Notes under the pieces: generated by a model
Databases searched by the model: none
Seen by the model: only the letters and a program-made list of their open reading frames with translations
What the model was told of the DNA's origin: nothing
Made by a program: the position numbers and the translations under genes
Part shown: positions 1-13,215 of the stretch, piece by piece
Numbering within the stretch: the stretch's first letter is position 1
Layout: every line of letters starts with the position of its first letter
NCBI RefSeq assembly: GCF_006345805.1
Contig: NC_043002.1
Coordinates: forward strand, 99,448,001 to 99,512,000
DNA: 64,000 nucleotides
DNA from: Octopus sinensis
Taxonomy: Eukaryota
Direction: 5' to 3'

Positions 1-117
1 AGTTTTGACTATATATTGGTAACAAAACGAATGATTATGACAATTTGAAGACAAGATAAATTATATATGGAAATATTGATCGATACTTTCCAGTTCATAA
101 CAAATTTTATATTTGAT

Positions 118-422
118 TTATTTACTATGAGTTCTCTGCAGTATTCGCAAATGGTTTCTAAAGTGCAAGCTAAGATCCGCGAGGTTGAGGTTGCGAATGC
201 GAAGCGATAAATGTCCCCTTGTGGGCAATAAAGAAATGAGAAGCGATAAATGTAATTTGCCTTCCCAGTGAGCTGAGAAGTATGGTAAATTCCTAAGATA
301 CTGGAGATCGCATTTGGAGATACAATCCAGTACTACTTGGTCTGAATATAGTGTATTTAATGCCATTTTCTTTCTTTCTTTGTTTTTTTTTCTCTGTTTC
401 GTTCTTTCCATTTCTGCCTCTT
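118..422 (-). CDS. Candidate coding exon/ORF of unknown product
   Basis: Minus strand: (CT)n polypyrimidine tract then ...GTGTATAG| acceptor at 424-423, followed by about 100 open codons of non-repetitive sequence (MERTKQRKKNKERKKMALNTLYSDQVVLDCISKCDLQYLRNLPYFSAHWEG...). No recognisable domain. Confidence 0.3.
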
Positions 423-1209
423 CTATACACAAGGAAATACAGAGAGAGAGAGAGAGAGAGAGAGCTAGAGAGTGAGAACAAAAGAGAGAAAGAGCGATCA
501 AGCGAGGGAAAGGAGTAGGACCATGCAAATAACACGAAAAGCAAAATATAACAATATTACTATTTTGTTATTAGTTTCATTCATACAATATTCTAAAGTT
601 TCTAACGTTATTCTTTTATCAGCTTTCTTTATAACAAAGAGAGCTAAGTGGGATGTGTACAATTCGACTCATAAAAACAATTTAAGTATAATTAAACATC
701 ATTGCGCATTTATATCGATAAAGATTCGATAATGGCAACTATGGAAGCATATACGTGCCGCGTCACACGAATGTCGGCGAATCCGTATTTTTTTTTTACT
801 CCTGTTGGTGTGCAATTTTTTTTCGCTTTATTGGATTAAGTATGTACGAAACGTGTTCATTTCTTTCATTTAAATAAACAAAGCAGTATTATTCGGCAGC
901 GAACTAGCAGAACGAAGAAAACGATTATTTGCAGTACTTACTCTGGTATTTAATCTTCAGTTCAAATTGCACCATCAAATATGCCTAAAACCTTTTTGCG
1001 GGACAGATGAAATAAAATACCAAGAAAATTAAGGGATCCATTTTATCTGCTAATCAAAAAAGAAAAAAAAAATATTGGCTTCTATTGTGTCTTCAAATGT
1101 GAACCATTATTGATAATAGATTTCTTGGTATACAATAGATATATTAATATGGTGATTTTGTTGCACTCATATAAATGTCGTGTGATGTGTGTGTGTCTTC
1201 GTTTGAAAC

Positions 1210-1245
<36 letters not shown>

Positions 1246-1412
1246 GTGTGTGTACACATACATATATATGTGTATGTGTGTGCACACCAGTGAACCAGCA
1301 ACAAAATTTGCGAAGGGTGTGCAAACCCAGGTCCTTTTTTTTTAATGAAAGATGTGGATTTTTCCAATGTTAACATTAAAACAAATGCAGGTATAATGAT
1401 AAATTTTATTAT

Positions 1413-1920
1413 TATGAGGGTCGGCTAAAATGTTCATTATCTGAGCAAGACACTCTCAATGGAATGTAACCAAATGAAGTTCATTTTCTAACATAGTTCC
1501 TCTTGCTGTCCACATACGGCCATTAACAGTTGCAGTGCTTGGGTCGCACTGGTGAAGAAGCTTTTCTGTTGATCAACATGGTCATCAACAACAGATAAGA
1601 TGTTCTCATCATAGTGAAACTAATGCTTATCTGAGTGTTTTTCTATGTTGAGAAACAGATGATAACCAGAAGGAACCAAATCACTAACAGAGGACGGATG
1701 ATCAACCAGTCAAAGCCAGTCACACACAGCAGCCATTTAAACCAAGGACTTACGTTTTGAAGCATTGTCCTAATGAAACAAGACCCCCATTCATCAGTTT
1801 TTCTGGGTGTTTGGTCTTGATAGCCTTTCATAACTACCTTAGGAAGTTGGTATTGACATTTCCATTGATGGTGTGATCATTTTGAAGATAGCCAATAAAC
1901 ACAATATGTTTTGCATTAAT
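1413..1920 (-). mobile_element. Decayed Tc1/mariner (mariner-type) transposase, 3' half plus terminal remnant
   Basis: Minus-strand translation gives NAKHIVFIGYLQNDHTING, VLFH*DNAS (cf. VLFHQDNAP), DHP..SDLVPSGYHLF (cf. HPPYSPDLAPSDYHLF) and VDSKRNYVRK (cf. C-terminal GDYVEK). TATGAGGG at 1413 resembles the mariner TA-CGAGGG terminus. Contains stops and frameshifts. Confidence 0.85.
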
Positions 1921-2230
1921 GCATAGTATATATAATAATGGGAAGTATATTTTGCATATTAAAATGCTTAATTTTGGAAACGTATCAAGCAGAGCTAAAA
2001 TAAGCAGTAAAAATAGAAATTTCAAGTATTTCAAAATGTGGGACACTACATGACAAAGACTAACAAACAAAGGAAGAAAATAGTGGTGCTTGTGCTCCAA
2101 AGGTACAATGAGAAGGCTCAGGAGAAGGATAGAGAGATGGGGTAGAGGAAAGGAAGTTAGAAGAAAAGAAAAGAATGAAAAGTGAAAAGATAACCTGTGG
2201 ATCTGAAATCAGTACTAGGCAGGAAATTGG

Positions 2231-2420
2231 CCCCTGTGCCGGTGGCACGTAAAAGCAGCACCCACTACACTCTCAGAACGGTTGGCGTTAGGAAGGGCAT
2301 CTAGCTGTAGAAACACTGCCAAATCAGACTGGAGTCTGGTGCAGTCTCCTGGCTTCCCAGACTCCAGTCGAACCATTCAACCTATTCCAGTATGGAAAAT
2401 GGACGTTAAATAATGATGTC
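2231..2420 (+). repeat. Interspersed retroposon-derived repeat fragment
   Basis: GC-rich island (GGTTGGCGTTAGGAAGGGCATC...GGACGTTAAATAATGATG) with a short (GAT)-type tail; matches from memory an abundant octopus SINE/LINE-derived repeat. Confidence 0.55.
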
Positions 2421-3311
2421 TTACCTATGCACTGGTCAAGTAGAAAAACGATGAGTGATAAAAAATTGGATTGTCTTTTGGTACCAAAAAGTGAAGAAAT
2501 GTAACGGGACATATGAATGGTCTAAATGCTGTCACGACATATTATATGAAGCCTAAACCTTTCAGTAAATCAATAGCCCTTGAAGATACAGATTTGTAAA
2601 CGAATGTATATAAATATATATATATATATATATAAAACCAGCTGCCAGATCAAAGATATTGTTGAATGTTACTACTAGTTTATCCCCAGGAAGATTCTTC
2701 GCTAGCTGGTTATCGGTGCAACATTGCACTCTTTATAATGCAGGTATCAGTATCGCGAGACTGACTCAGTTTCAAGCCAAATATCTGAACGTTAAATGCT
2801 CACAAAGAGGTCTGCCAATTTGCAGCCTGTGCCATATGTTATTAAATATATCTTATACGTTTGCAATAAAATGTTCACACAATGAAAGCTTTAAACTTTT
2901 GACTTGTCAGATTTTATGCGTCAATATTGATATTTGAATTAATTGCATATATAAGGGGTTTGTCTACATAGCAATAATGTCCAAATATTTCTTCAAAGTA
3001 AAACTCCATTAATATCTAATCTATTGTACCCGTGAGACTAAAATCTGCTGTTCCTTTAATGGGGGTCCCAAAATATTCTCACATAAAATTCTGTTGCATG
3101 ACATTTTTTTTTAAAGATGATATATTAAGACGAGGTTTCAAGAGAGTTTCTTCGCTATTTCTAATAGCCTTTGAGTTATATCAGAAGCTCTCACCAATGG
3201 CACCCCACAACAATTCATGAATATCTTTTAATAATAAATCTTGGTACACATTTTGTGACGTTCATCTCTTTACATAGATGTGATGAGCTACATTACAAGT
3301 AATTTATTCCG

Positions 3312-3342
<31 letters not shown>

Positions 3343-3344
3343 TA

Positions 3345-4015
3345 AATTTAAATGAGGGTGAGAAATTAGATATCAATTTAATTAACATCGATTTCACACC
3401 AGAGGTCTAGCATATCAGAAAACTGAAGGTTCAGTAAAATTGTATTATATACATATTAGAGGGAAACCACTATGTGGACATCCTTATGCTAGAAATAGAT
3501 CCGCTAAGGTCTTACCACTAAGAAATGTTCTCAAGAAAAATTTAGCAAAACAACCAAAACGTAATCGAGTAGGACAAAAGAAAAAGCTATAAAAATATGG
3601 ATTATTCGCATACATGTTTCTCTGTTAACATATTACGTAATTTTACTTACATAAATGTCCGTAAATCATCGGTGCGACCGTCCAGATGAATATAATTTGC
3701 TGGACTGCATATAGGACGTCCTCAAAAAGTCAGACTAGTAAACAGTTCTACCCATTACACTCGTGGTTACTATTTCAAATGTCCTCGTTTTAAATTTAAA
3801 TTTAAATTAATACGTTCTCTAACCTGCAAAGGCCACTGCAGTAAAGTATTATCTGCAGCATCAGTTTTTCCGGTAATTTAGGGCGCCGAAACGAGGACAT
3901 TTGACATAGTAACCACGAGTGTAACGAGTAGAACTATTTACAAATCTGACTTTGTGTGGACGTCCTAGTATGCAGTCCTGCCAATTATATTCATCTGGAC
4001 GGTTGCACCGATGAT
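3345..4015 (-). mobile_element. Penelope-like/retrozyme-type non-coding element with fold-back and hammerhead
   Basis: Begins at a (TA)n tract; imperfect inverted repeat of about 126 bp (3665-3790 vs 3889-4015); HHR motif at 3606-3677. Confidence 0.65.
3606..3677 (-). ncRNA. Type I hammerhead ribozyme motif (U4C core, long stem II)
   Basis: Minus strand reads TCGCA-CCGATGA-[TTT..ACAT.TTATGTAA-GTAAAA-TTACGTAA.ATGT..AGA]-GAA-ACA/TGT-A-TGCGA: 5-bp stem I, palindromic stem III, GUA cleavage triplet. Confidence 0.75.
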
Positions 4016-4607
4016 ATCTTGGACGCAGGAGTATAGCTAGGAAATTCTGGCTAATCTCCCTGTATCATTTGGCTAAACGACTCCTCAATACAGATTCCAT
4101 TAGAAAAGAAGAAACACTGTATTGAAAATTACTACTAGATTTTGAAAGGGTATTACATGGCGAGAAGTCATACGTTATGCAGAAAAAAACCATTGACAGG
4201 TTGAAGAATTTCTGCATTCTTTAAACAAAAATTGTTCTCTAATCACTATAGATAAAGATAATCCGCCTATAGTAAATAATATACAGAAGGATACTAATAA
4301 ACATAATTCAAAAGAAACCATAATATCATATGATTTAGTAACTAGAAGATAACTAAATGATAGTGCATAAAGAAGTGGGTGGAAAAATTGCCATGACAAA
4401 TAAAGAATAATTAGAAAGATTGAAGTAATTAAAATGAGTAGGAAAGATTTCTGGAAATCTAATTATATATGCTATTACTATTAAGGCATTCGTCGTGAAC
4501 GCAAAATGGACTTACAAACTCGAGGTATGCTAATGGTATATTTGCAGGGGATTAATTTTTAAAATAATTAAATCGTAACATAAGTTAAATCTTCTTGTTC
4601 AAAACAT

Positions 4608-4660
4608 TAGACTCTGACGAAAGAATAATCAACGATTATTCGAGGCATAGGTTGTATCTA
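4608..4660 (+). ncRNA. Degenerate hammerhead motif
   Basis: TAGA-CT-CTGACGA-AA-GAATAATC-AAC-GATTATTC-GAGG(for GAAA)-CA..TGT-A-TCTA; perfect 8-bp stem II, but the GAAA core is mutated. Confidence 0.5.
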
Positions 4661-5054
4661 GCCTTCCCTACATTATAAGGTAGAGCACTAGGTGAATATT
4701 GACCATTTGTTATCGTATTTCATGTTTTTATATATATCAACAATCCAAAGCGAACGGCGTAGAATACATTTTATGTTTCCGTGCATAAATTTTCCAGGTA
4801 TTAATGAATTAACCAAAGTAATTATCCGTCTTTAAATACATATAAAAATAAATTTTCTTTTCTTGCTTCGGTACTCATTGACGCATTTAGTTACATCATT
4901 ATTTTTTTCTTTTACAATCATATAAACACGACAGTTGTTGATGACAAGTGGGAATGTTCGATGTAAACATTTGATATCAGTTAAAATATAGATCTTCTGA
5001 CACATCCTATCATATAGAGGTATAATCTGTTTTTCTTCACGCACATAGTGTTAT

Positions 5055-5058
5055 ATAC

Positions 5059-5121
<63 letters not shown>

Positions 5122-5127
5122 TATATA

Positions 5128-5172
<45 letters not shown>

Positions 5173-5285
5173 ATATATTTATATGTATACATATATACAT
5201 ATATACATACATAGTTGCAGTAGTTACAGTTGAAGATGATCATTTGGCGAAAAACACACGCATAATATATATATATATATATATG
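5055..5285. repeat. Compound (TA)n/(TATATG)n microsatellite
   Basis: Directly visible. Confidence 0.95.
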
Positions 5286-5912
5286 CCATGTCATGCATGT
5301 GCATTCATTCAGTAATCAACCTGGAAATACATCATCAGATGCAATTTTATAACTGAGCATCAACAGGAAAAGAGCCAAAAAAGAGAGAAAGTCAATGAAA
5401 TCGACAAACACACATAGACTTAATAAGATTCTGCTTTTAGAAGTTACTTTTCAATGTTTCTAATAAAAATAAATGAGTATTTTGAAATTCTCTCTTCAGA
5501 TGTCAATGAAATAGTGTAAATGCCAATTATTTCATGTTCTTCATTATAAATAACATTCTCTATAAACTATGCTAATGATATTTTATTTGGCATACGTCCT
5601 AATAAACGAAGTTGTTTTCTGTTCACTTATATTAAAAAAGTATTTTCTGGTTTCAAACTGTTTGAGATCAGACATTATAGGCCAATGCCTTGAAAGGTTT
5701 TAATCAGATTATATAAAGAAACTAGTGGCTAGCTTGGTACATATCAAGAGACTTTTTTTCTTATATAACGAATTGCTAAGTCTGAATTAACCGTAAGTGT
5801 TACATAAATATTACTCATATTTATATTTGATTTACTGAACTTAACTTATATAAATGCCGTATACAAAACCTTATCTATCCATTTTATCTATCAGTAATTA
5901 TTTTCTGTTTGA

Positions 5913-5977
<65 letters not shown>

Positions 5978-6135
5978 TGTGTGTGTGTATGTATGTATGT
6001 GTATACCTATATATATATATATATATGCCTGTAACCATTTCATTAAAATTACGTCTTCTGTTTCATTTACAAAGGCTTAGTTGGTACATCCTTTTAATTT
6101 TTCGTCATTTGGATACTGAAAATATAACATCGGCT

Positions 6136-6561
6136 TCAAAATATTTTCGACTTGCAAAGCATCTTCTTTTTTGACGGGGAAGGATGAAAGTCAAAATATA
6201 TCTGGACATGAAACTCAACTCTGTATACGCAAAGATATGAAAAAAATACATTGGATACTCCGCTTTTTCTACCATCCAACATCATCATTATTTCATCGCA
6301 TTTCTTGCACCTGTAAGCTATCAACTTATAAGTCATTGTTATGTCATTAAGGATCTGTATTTGCAATCTTGTTGTGCGAGTGAGATCTGGTAGCACAGCC
6401 CAAGGACAAACATTCTCTACTATAAACTCTGTTCTTCCAATAATGTCAGATCTCAATATTCCAAGTAGAAGATGTGCAGAATTCTGTGGGATGTATCGGG
6501 AGAGTGTACAATCTAGTTGCAGGGCTTTACAATTCAGTTGTAATGTAAGTATATACATCAA
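6136..6561 (-). other. 141-codon ORF in non-repetitive sequence, product unknown (exon or decayed coding remnant)
   Basis: Long for DNA this AT-rich; the antisense strand is also open over 6341-6646; no motif recognised. Confidence 0.3.
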
Positions 6562-6690
6562 CCAGAATAGTCAGAATACAATCTCTCATAAAAATAAAAA
6601 CCATCTACAAATTGTGTGCTGTTTGCTACATTCATATAAATCATAACATATCGTTTATATGGATATGTGTGTGTGTGTATATATATATAT

Positions 6691-6765
<75 letters not shown>

Positions 6766-6788
6766 CACACACACATATATATATATAA

Positions 6789-7040
6789 GTGAGTGGACAA
6801 ACGAAAGAAGGAGACTCTATGAGATATATATGTATATATACACACACACACATATATATATATATAAGTGAGTGGACAAACGAAAGAAGGAGACTCAACA
6901 AATTTATTGGAGATAGATGTAAGGATGGAAATAGTTTGGTTCAAATTCGTTGGTACTCTTGAGTTTCAAGCGTGATGCTAGTCGTCAGCCATTTTGAAAT
7001 TTCAAAATAGCTGAGGACTAGTATCATGCTCGACCCAACG
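6789..7040 (-). mobile_element. Short Penelope-like element with terminal tandem duplication and palindrome
   Basis: GTGAGTGGACAAACGAAAGAAGGAGACTC and the adjacent microsatellite occur twice (6789, 6868); palindrome with about 34-bp arms at 6966-7033; HHR at 6951-6991. Confidence 0.6.
6951..6991 (-). ncRNA. Minimal type I hammerhead ribozyme motif
   Basis: Minus: TGG-CTGACGA-CT-AGC-ATCAC-GCT-T-GAA-ACTC-AA-GAGT-A-CCA; canonical core, GUA triplet, short stems. Confidence 0.65.
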
Positions 7041-8597
7041 TGTAAATAATTAAGTACATGGATGAATATTAAACTGATCCTACGTAATGTTTTCTTTTTT
7101 AATGTTGAATATTGATATATACACACATTTTAACCCATTTTCGTTATGATATCATTTTTGATAATCTTATATTTTATTTTAATTCTATACAATATAACAA
7201 TATTGTTTATAAACATTCACCTATGGAACCCCATAATTAAACTTTCTCTATATTAACATCATAGGTTTTATTAGCGTCTTGCCCATTTAACTGGTAATTA
7301 ACATCATGATTTAGGGTCTTCCCCTACCCAGCCTCCTTTTATAGACAGTTACTCTATACCTAATGTTGAAACATAGGAATAATATAAACTTATTGAATAG
7401 CCGTTTTGATCTAGGATTCTCCTGCATACATTGTGCCACTCGTACTTTTAAGTATTTTAAATAATAGCATTCTGACTATTCCTAAATTTTCAAATCTCAA
7501 TGTTTTGTAACAAAATGAGGAAATAATATACTATACTAGTTTTTATTTTACCTGCATAGATTATTAAGAAATTTAATAATATAAATAAATTGAATAAAGT
7601 GAAACAAAATCTTTTAAAACTTTTCTATATAGGATTGTATAAATTACATATATCTAATGAAGTTATTAAGTTCATCTTGATTACCTCCCTTCCATTACAC
7701 TTTAAAGCATCTTAGAGGCTCTTAATATATGTGCTAATTCATAATTTTTTTTGTTGCAGGAAATAAAAATAATATGTCTAGCATATTCCTTTAATTTAAC
7801 TCATTAATACAAATAAATTACTATTTACTAACTATAAATCTATATTAATAATAATCTGATATATATATATATATATATATATTTATAAATATGAATTGAC
7901 TTTTATGCTCCCCATCCCTATATAAGACACTAAAATTTAATAGAATCCTTCCGAAAAAACTAGCTAAAAGATATTTATTTAAAATCACAGGTAAGATTAT
8001 GGCTGTTAAATGGTAAGACCATTAGAAATCTCTGTTCTCCCCACCCCACTAGCTTCAGCCTACTAACTTTCGCTGAAATGCAGTCAAATGTACCAGATGT
8101 AAATTCCTCATGAAACGATGGATTTAAACTGCCCCTTCCTCTATCTATAAATAGAAACATTCTTGATTGTCTCAACTGAACGTAATAGAAACCTCCTCCC
8201 CATTGGTAAATCTAAATAACAAAGTGAACTCAGTGATAAAAAATCTGCTCATGAGTTAAGATCTACTACTACCATGTTTTTATTGATGAAATTCAACTTT
8301 CTGTCTATATACCTACCCTCTTTGTAATGTTGGCAAATGGAATAAGTATAAAAACGAACATTGTCACTTTAATTTTTAAAATTCTATATATGGCTGAACA
8401 GTGCTCTACATTTTAAAACTGATGTAATACTTAAATTCTTTAGTTAAATGAAGTAGCATGAAACGATCGTACTACACTACCTTTGGATATCCTTGTTGCT
8501 TATTTTGATTATAATTACCCGATTTGATTTATATGGATAATACCATACTAAATTCTGGTGCCTTTAACTTAAGTACCATATTCATCTGAATCTTTCT

Positions 8598-8689
<92 letters not shown>

Positions 8690-8720
8690 ATGTATATATA
8701 TGTGTGTGTGTATACATATG

Positions 8721-8754
<34 letters not shown>

Positions 8755-9377
8755 GGTCTATGTAAATAAGTATCTATGCATATATGCATGTATGCGTGTA
8801 TGTATGTATAATATTTTTCCTTAAACTTTCATGTCCGTATATAGTGAATTGTATAGAATAATATAAATAGAATACTTCGGGAAATTGATACTCCCAAAGT
8901 GTTATCCGAATTCATCCAACATACATACATTATTCTGGCTTCTATATTTGTCATGACATCCTTTATGAATATTAAATGATCACAGTTAGTTTCTCCGTGC
9001 TTTTACTTCTAACTACTTAAAGGTTGCTATGTTACCTCTTACGTATTTAACAATAAAATCAATAGTATATATCAAGGATATGACAAACAGTTTCACTGCT
9101 TATAATTTTGTATTTGTGAAAATGTAAATTATAAGATATACTTTATTCATAAATTTTATATTATGTACAGTTTTGACTATGATACGTTTCACAATATAAT
9201 GTGACAGTGAAATAGATTAAACCAGAAGCAAATAAATAGAGCTTACGATTGTTGATACACACACACACGCACATTTAAACAGTTAAAAATTTGCCACATC
9301 AAATTGGTGACAGACTTTACTGCTTAAAATAGTTACTACTTTATCTTTTCTTGCGATTTTACAACTACGTATATATA

Positions 9378-9506
9378 TAAATGTGAAACAAGGTGGAAAA
9401 AAGAGTACTCAAATACCAGGGGTAGAGTAATATGCTTTATTTAAAAGCAGCAGAAATATAACAAAAGCTGTTACTCGGAGTTTCACGTTCCCGTTCGTCG
9501 GACAAC
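9378..9506 (-). mobile_element. HHR element family B, solo copy between (TA)n tracts
   Basis: Reverse complement of 18879-19005 with substitutions; TA repeats on both sides. Confidence 0.8.
9467..9506 (-). ncRNA. Minimal type I hammerhead ribozyme motif (family B, U4C)
   Basis: Minus: GTTGT-CCGACGA-ACG-GGAA-CGT-GAA-ACTC-C-GAGT-A-ACAGC. Confidence 0.8.
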
Positions 9507-9517
9507 ATATATATATA

Positions 9518-9550
<33 letters not shown>

Positions 9551-9577
9551 CAGATTATATATATATATATATATTAT

Positions 9578-9785
9578 TTGGCAAACGGTCAGCAATTTTC
9601 GGAAAGACGGGGATGAGTAAGTTGAGTATATTGATCCTAGTGACCAACTCGTATATATATGTTCAAGCCAGAAAGAACGACTAGCAAAGTTACCCTAAGC
9701 GCTATTTGAACTCAGAGCGTTAAGACCGACAAAATGCCGCTAAGTATTTTGCCAGTCGAACTAACGATTCTGCCAGTTTGCAGCA
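9578..9785 (-). mobile_element. SINE family 1 (GGCGGCGAGCTGGCAGAA type), diverged copy
   Basis: Reverse complement of the 13494/54603 family (TTTGAACTCAGAGCGT...AACGATTCTGCCAG). Confidence 0.75.
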
Positions 9786-9816
9786 TTTATGACCGTATAA
9801 TATTAATAAATATTAA

Positions 9817-10030
9817 GGCGTCCAGCTTGCATAATCGTTAGCATCCTGGGAAAAATGCTTAGCGGCATTTCGTCCGACGTTACGTTCTGAATTCAAATTC
9901 TGCCAAGTTGGACTTTGCTTCTCATATATCGGGGACGATAAAATCAGTACCAGTTGTAGATTGTGGTCGATATGATCGACATACTCCCTCCCAGGAAATT
10001 AATGACGCTGTTGCCAAAATGAGAAACCAA
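9817..10030 (+). mobile_element. SINE family 1, diverged copy
   Basis: AATCGTTAGCA...AAATGCTTAGCGGCATTTCGTC...TACGTTCTGAATTCAAATTC aligns to the family. Confidence 0.8.
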
Positions 10031-10497
10031 TACCAGTATAATTTATGTACATTTTCTCATGTAGGTTTGACGTATAAAATTAAGAGGCATATTATTAATT
10101 TCTATTCTAAGGATAACTTCGTAAGAAGTTGTAAATATTTCTGTGGTTTTTAGTATAAAACTATGTTTTTCAAAGATAATATCTGGATATATATCTTGCA
10201 TTAATAGTTTAACTATAGAGCTTTATACCCTTCTCTGGACAATTGCAATCAGTAATGTGAAAGGCCATTCAAAATTCCTAGATGTAGTCAATTATTGAAC
10301 AACAATATCTTATTTCTACGGAACTCCATGAAAATAACAGAAAATAATTTCAGCGTCACTTGAACATAGAATATTAAGGGCAAAGACTTATTACGATAAT
10401 ATACTTTGTTTCGACGCCCTACTGTCTCTTCCATGGTTGTATGTCATATCTATGACTACAATTAAATAGTAAGTCATGTTTCATGAACACAATATTC

Positions 10498-10933
10498 GCA
10501 TATTTTCGGTTTGAACGGCAGTTTTTAACATAATTTCTAGGTAACTAAAAAATTTAAAACTTCGTATAGTGCTAGAATGTGTTTATAAAACACCTTTTTC
10601 TCTTGTCTTTATTGAGAAAATTCTATAGTTTGTAAAATATTTGTTGATTTTTTCTTCAATTTCTGCAATTTCAACCAATCAATAACGTGTATTGAGGTAA
10701 AAAACATTCTGTGTCGTATGAATATGCCCCTCGTTTAAGAAACAGATTAGGTTTATTTACATTTGTGAAGAAAAAAAGATACCCTTCCCCCACCCCTAAC
10801 CCTAACTAACCGTAACTAGCCCTAACCCTAAAACAGATTGAAATGCAATAGATCAATACTAGGGTCATAATTATAGGTGACAATTTCATATGACACCGCT
10901 AGAAAAAAACTGCCATTCAAACCGAAAAGATCC
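10498..10933. mobile_element. MITE (non-autonomous DNA transposon) with about 28-bp TIRs, 8-bp TSD and internal (CCCTAA)-like repeats
   Basis: TTTTCGGTTTGAACGGCAGTTTT / AAAACTGCCATTCAAACCGAAAAGATCC inverted termini; CAATATTC at 10490-10497 and 10934-10941; degenerate CCCTAA repeats near 10793-10832. Confidence 0.85.
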
Positions 10934-11439
10934 CAATATTCAACTCTCCTGAAAAGAAAAGACATACATTCTAAAACAGTATCGATAGTTAATGCGCTGT
11001 AATATATTTAAGTATACTTAAATGCTTTTGCTGCAAGCGAGGTATCTTATTAACGTCAAGGACAACCGTTTTTGGTTGTGCTTAGTGAAGCAGTCCTTCA
11101 ACACAGTCTATGCTCTTTTGTGATTCTAGGATATGAGGCATTGTATATTAAAACGCTATATATGCATTATATTACCCAACCGTAAACGAAAATAAATCAT
11201 AAGTTAACGTTGACTATAGGTTGTCTACTTTATATTTATGATTACAAAAGAGAGTATTATACACACACGCGCACGCACAAGAACATATGATATTCTACGT
11301 GTGCGTGGTTGTGGAGATATATATTCGTGCATACATAGCATGTTACGAATGAAATCCTTTTCTCGCTACCTATGCATGTATGTATAAATGTGTATAAAAT
11401 CATCTTATATATATATACATACATACATGCATATATATG

Positions 11440-11494
<55 letters not shown>

Positions 11495-13064
11495 CCAGAG
11501 ACAGAGGCAGAGACAGACAGGTAGAGAGAGTGAGAGAGACAGACAGAAAGAAAAAGAATGCGTATATGCATATTGTATTTTAGTATTGTGAGTGTTCTTT
11601 TGTCCTTCCATATATTTGTTCATGTGCATCAGCAAAAAGTATATCTCGATATTTTTTCCCCCTAAAACTACCAATGAATACTGTCATCTGACATTGTGAT
11701 TGAAATGTGAAAAAATGTTATGGAAGACAGTTAAAACTAATTCTGAGCATAAAAATGACAAAGAAAAACTTTTGTATGACATAACTGATCGCAAAAAAAT
11801 ATAGTCAGCTCAACTTTAGGAAGCTTAAAGTGTCATTATATCGATATTTCATTTTCCTTTATGAACCTTATCGTTCACTAATGTAATGCATCTATTGAAT
11901 AATGGAGATGAAAACATGCTGCAATCCTGGAAACTATGACATCGATTGCTATTCCTATCAAATTATATAAACTGCAAAAAACCATTCACTGAGTCAAAGG
12001 GAAATTCACAAATGCATTTTATTATATCTACGTTTTTCATTCATTTCTTGTCAGGTGAATCAGAGAAAGACATTTTCATGGAACTAAAGAATTCGTAAAT
12101 TTTAGTGTGATTATTTTAAACTTCATTTATCTAAAATATCAAGTTTTTTTTGCCTTGCAGTGAATAACTTGCCCAATGTACATGTACTATTTATTAGCTC
12201 TCCTTTTGAAAAAATATAAACCCCATTTAGTTTTATTCTGTAGGCTGGCCTCGATATCCACATGAATCGATTTCGCCTCAGTTACATTGATATTATACTC
12301 TGAAAAATATGAACGTCTCAAATCAGTAGTGTGACGTTTCAGTCCTACTCTTCACTAGATTCTCTCTACGAATTTTATCGATTTAACTCTTTCTTAACAT
12401 TTCATACTGGAGTTCATATTTTCAACTCTCGAAACATACAAAGTCTCCAGTTAACTTCATTTCTCAACCACCAGCATTTTCTCTTTATTCTGATGAAAAA
12501 CTTTCGTTGGTTTAGTCTGATTCGTTTACAAACAAAAATTGTAGGATCACTATCGGGTTCAAATTTAAAACAAATGCAGTTATATTTATATATATGTAAA
12601 CGTTATCCTCACTATTTTCATCAACTCTAACCTCTAGATCAGAGGTAACATTTTGCTGCAGAATGTTAATCTCACCATATTTTCTAGTGCTTTAAGATAG
12701 CAAACTATATTTAAAAAACATCGTATTGATAGTAAGATTCAATTCCTATTAAACATACAAGAGAATCGAAATATGTTCTCATTATATCAAACTGAGAAAA
12801 AGCGTAAAAGTAACTGAATTGTACAAGAATTCAGTTCATAAATATTTAGTTGTCCATCGACCCTAGCCGCATATGCTGGAGATTCATATATGACTAATAT
12901 CGATAACTGCTATCTCAGATGCGAAAAGAGCACTTGGCTGGTATTTATTTTATCCACCCCAGAAGAATGAAATGTAAAGTTAAAGTAGTTAGACATGAGA
13001 AGGTTTAAATAAAGAAATATGCAGGTACATTTCTAAACATTGCTTTCAAAGTTTTGCACAAGGT

Positions 13065-13215
13065 CAGTAAGTTCGAGGATGAATCGGTCCCATTACCCGA
13101 TTTGTATTTACTTTATCGACCCGAAAGGATGGAAGGCACAGACAGCCTCGGCGGCATTTGGACTTAAAGCGTAAAGACGGACGAAATGCGTGCAAACCAC
13201 TCTTCCAGCTCACCA
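13065..13215 (-). mobile_element. SINE family 1, diverged copy
   Basis: TTTATCGACCCGAAAGGATGGAAGGCA...CCTCGGCGGCATTTG is the reverse complement of the family core. Confidence 0.7.

Noticed and set aside
10793-10832. True telomere or chromosome fusion site
   Set aside because: Only a few degenerate units, enclosed by MITE TIRs.
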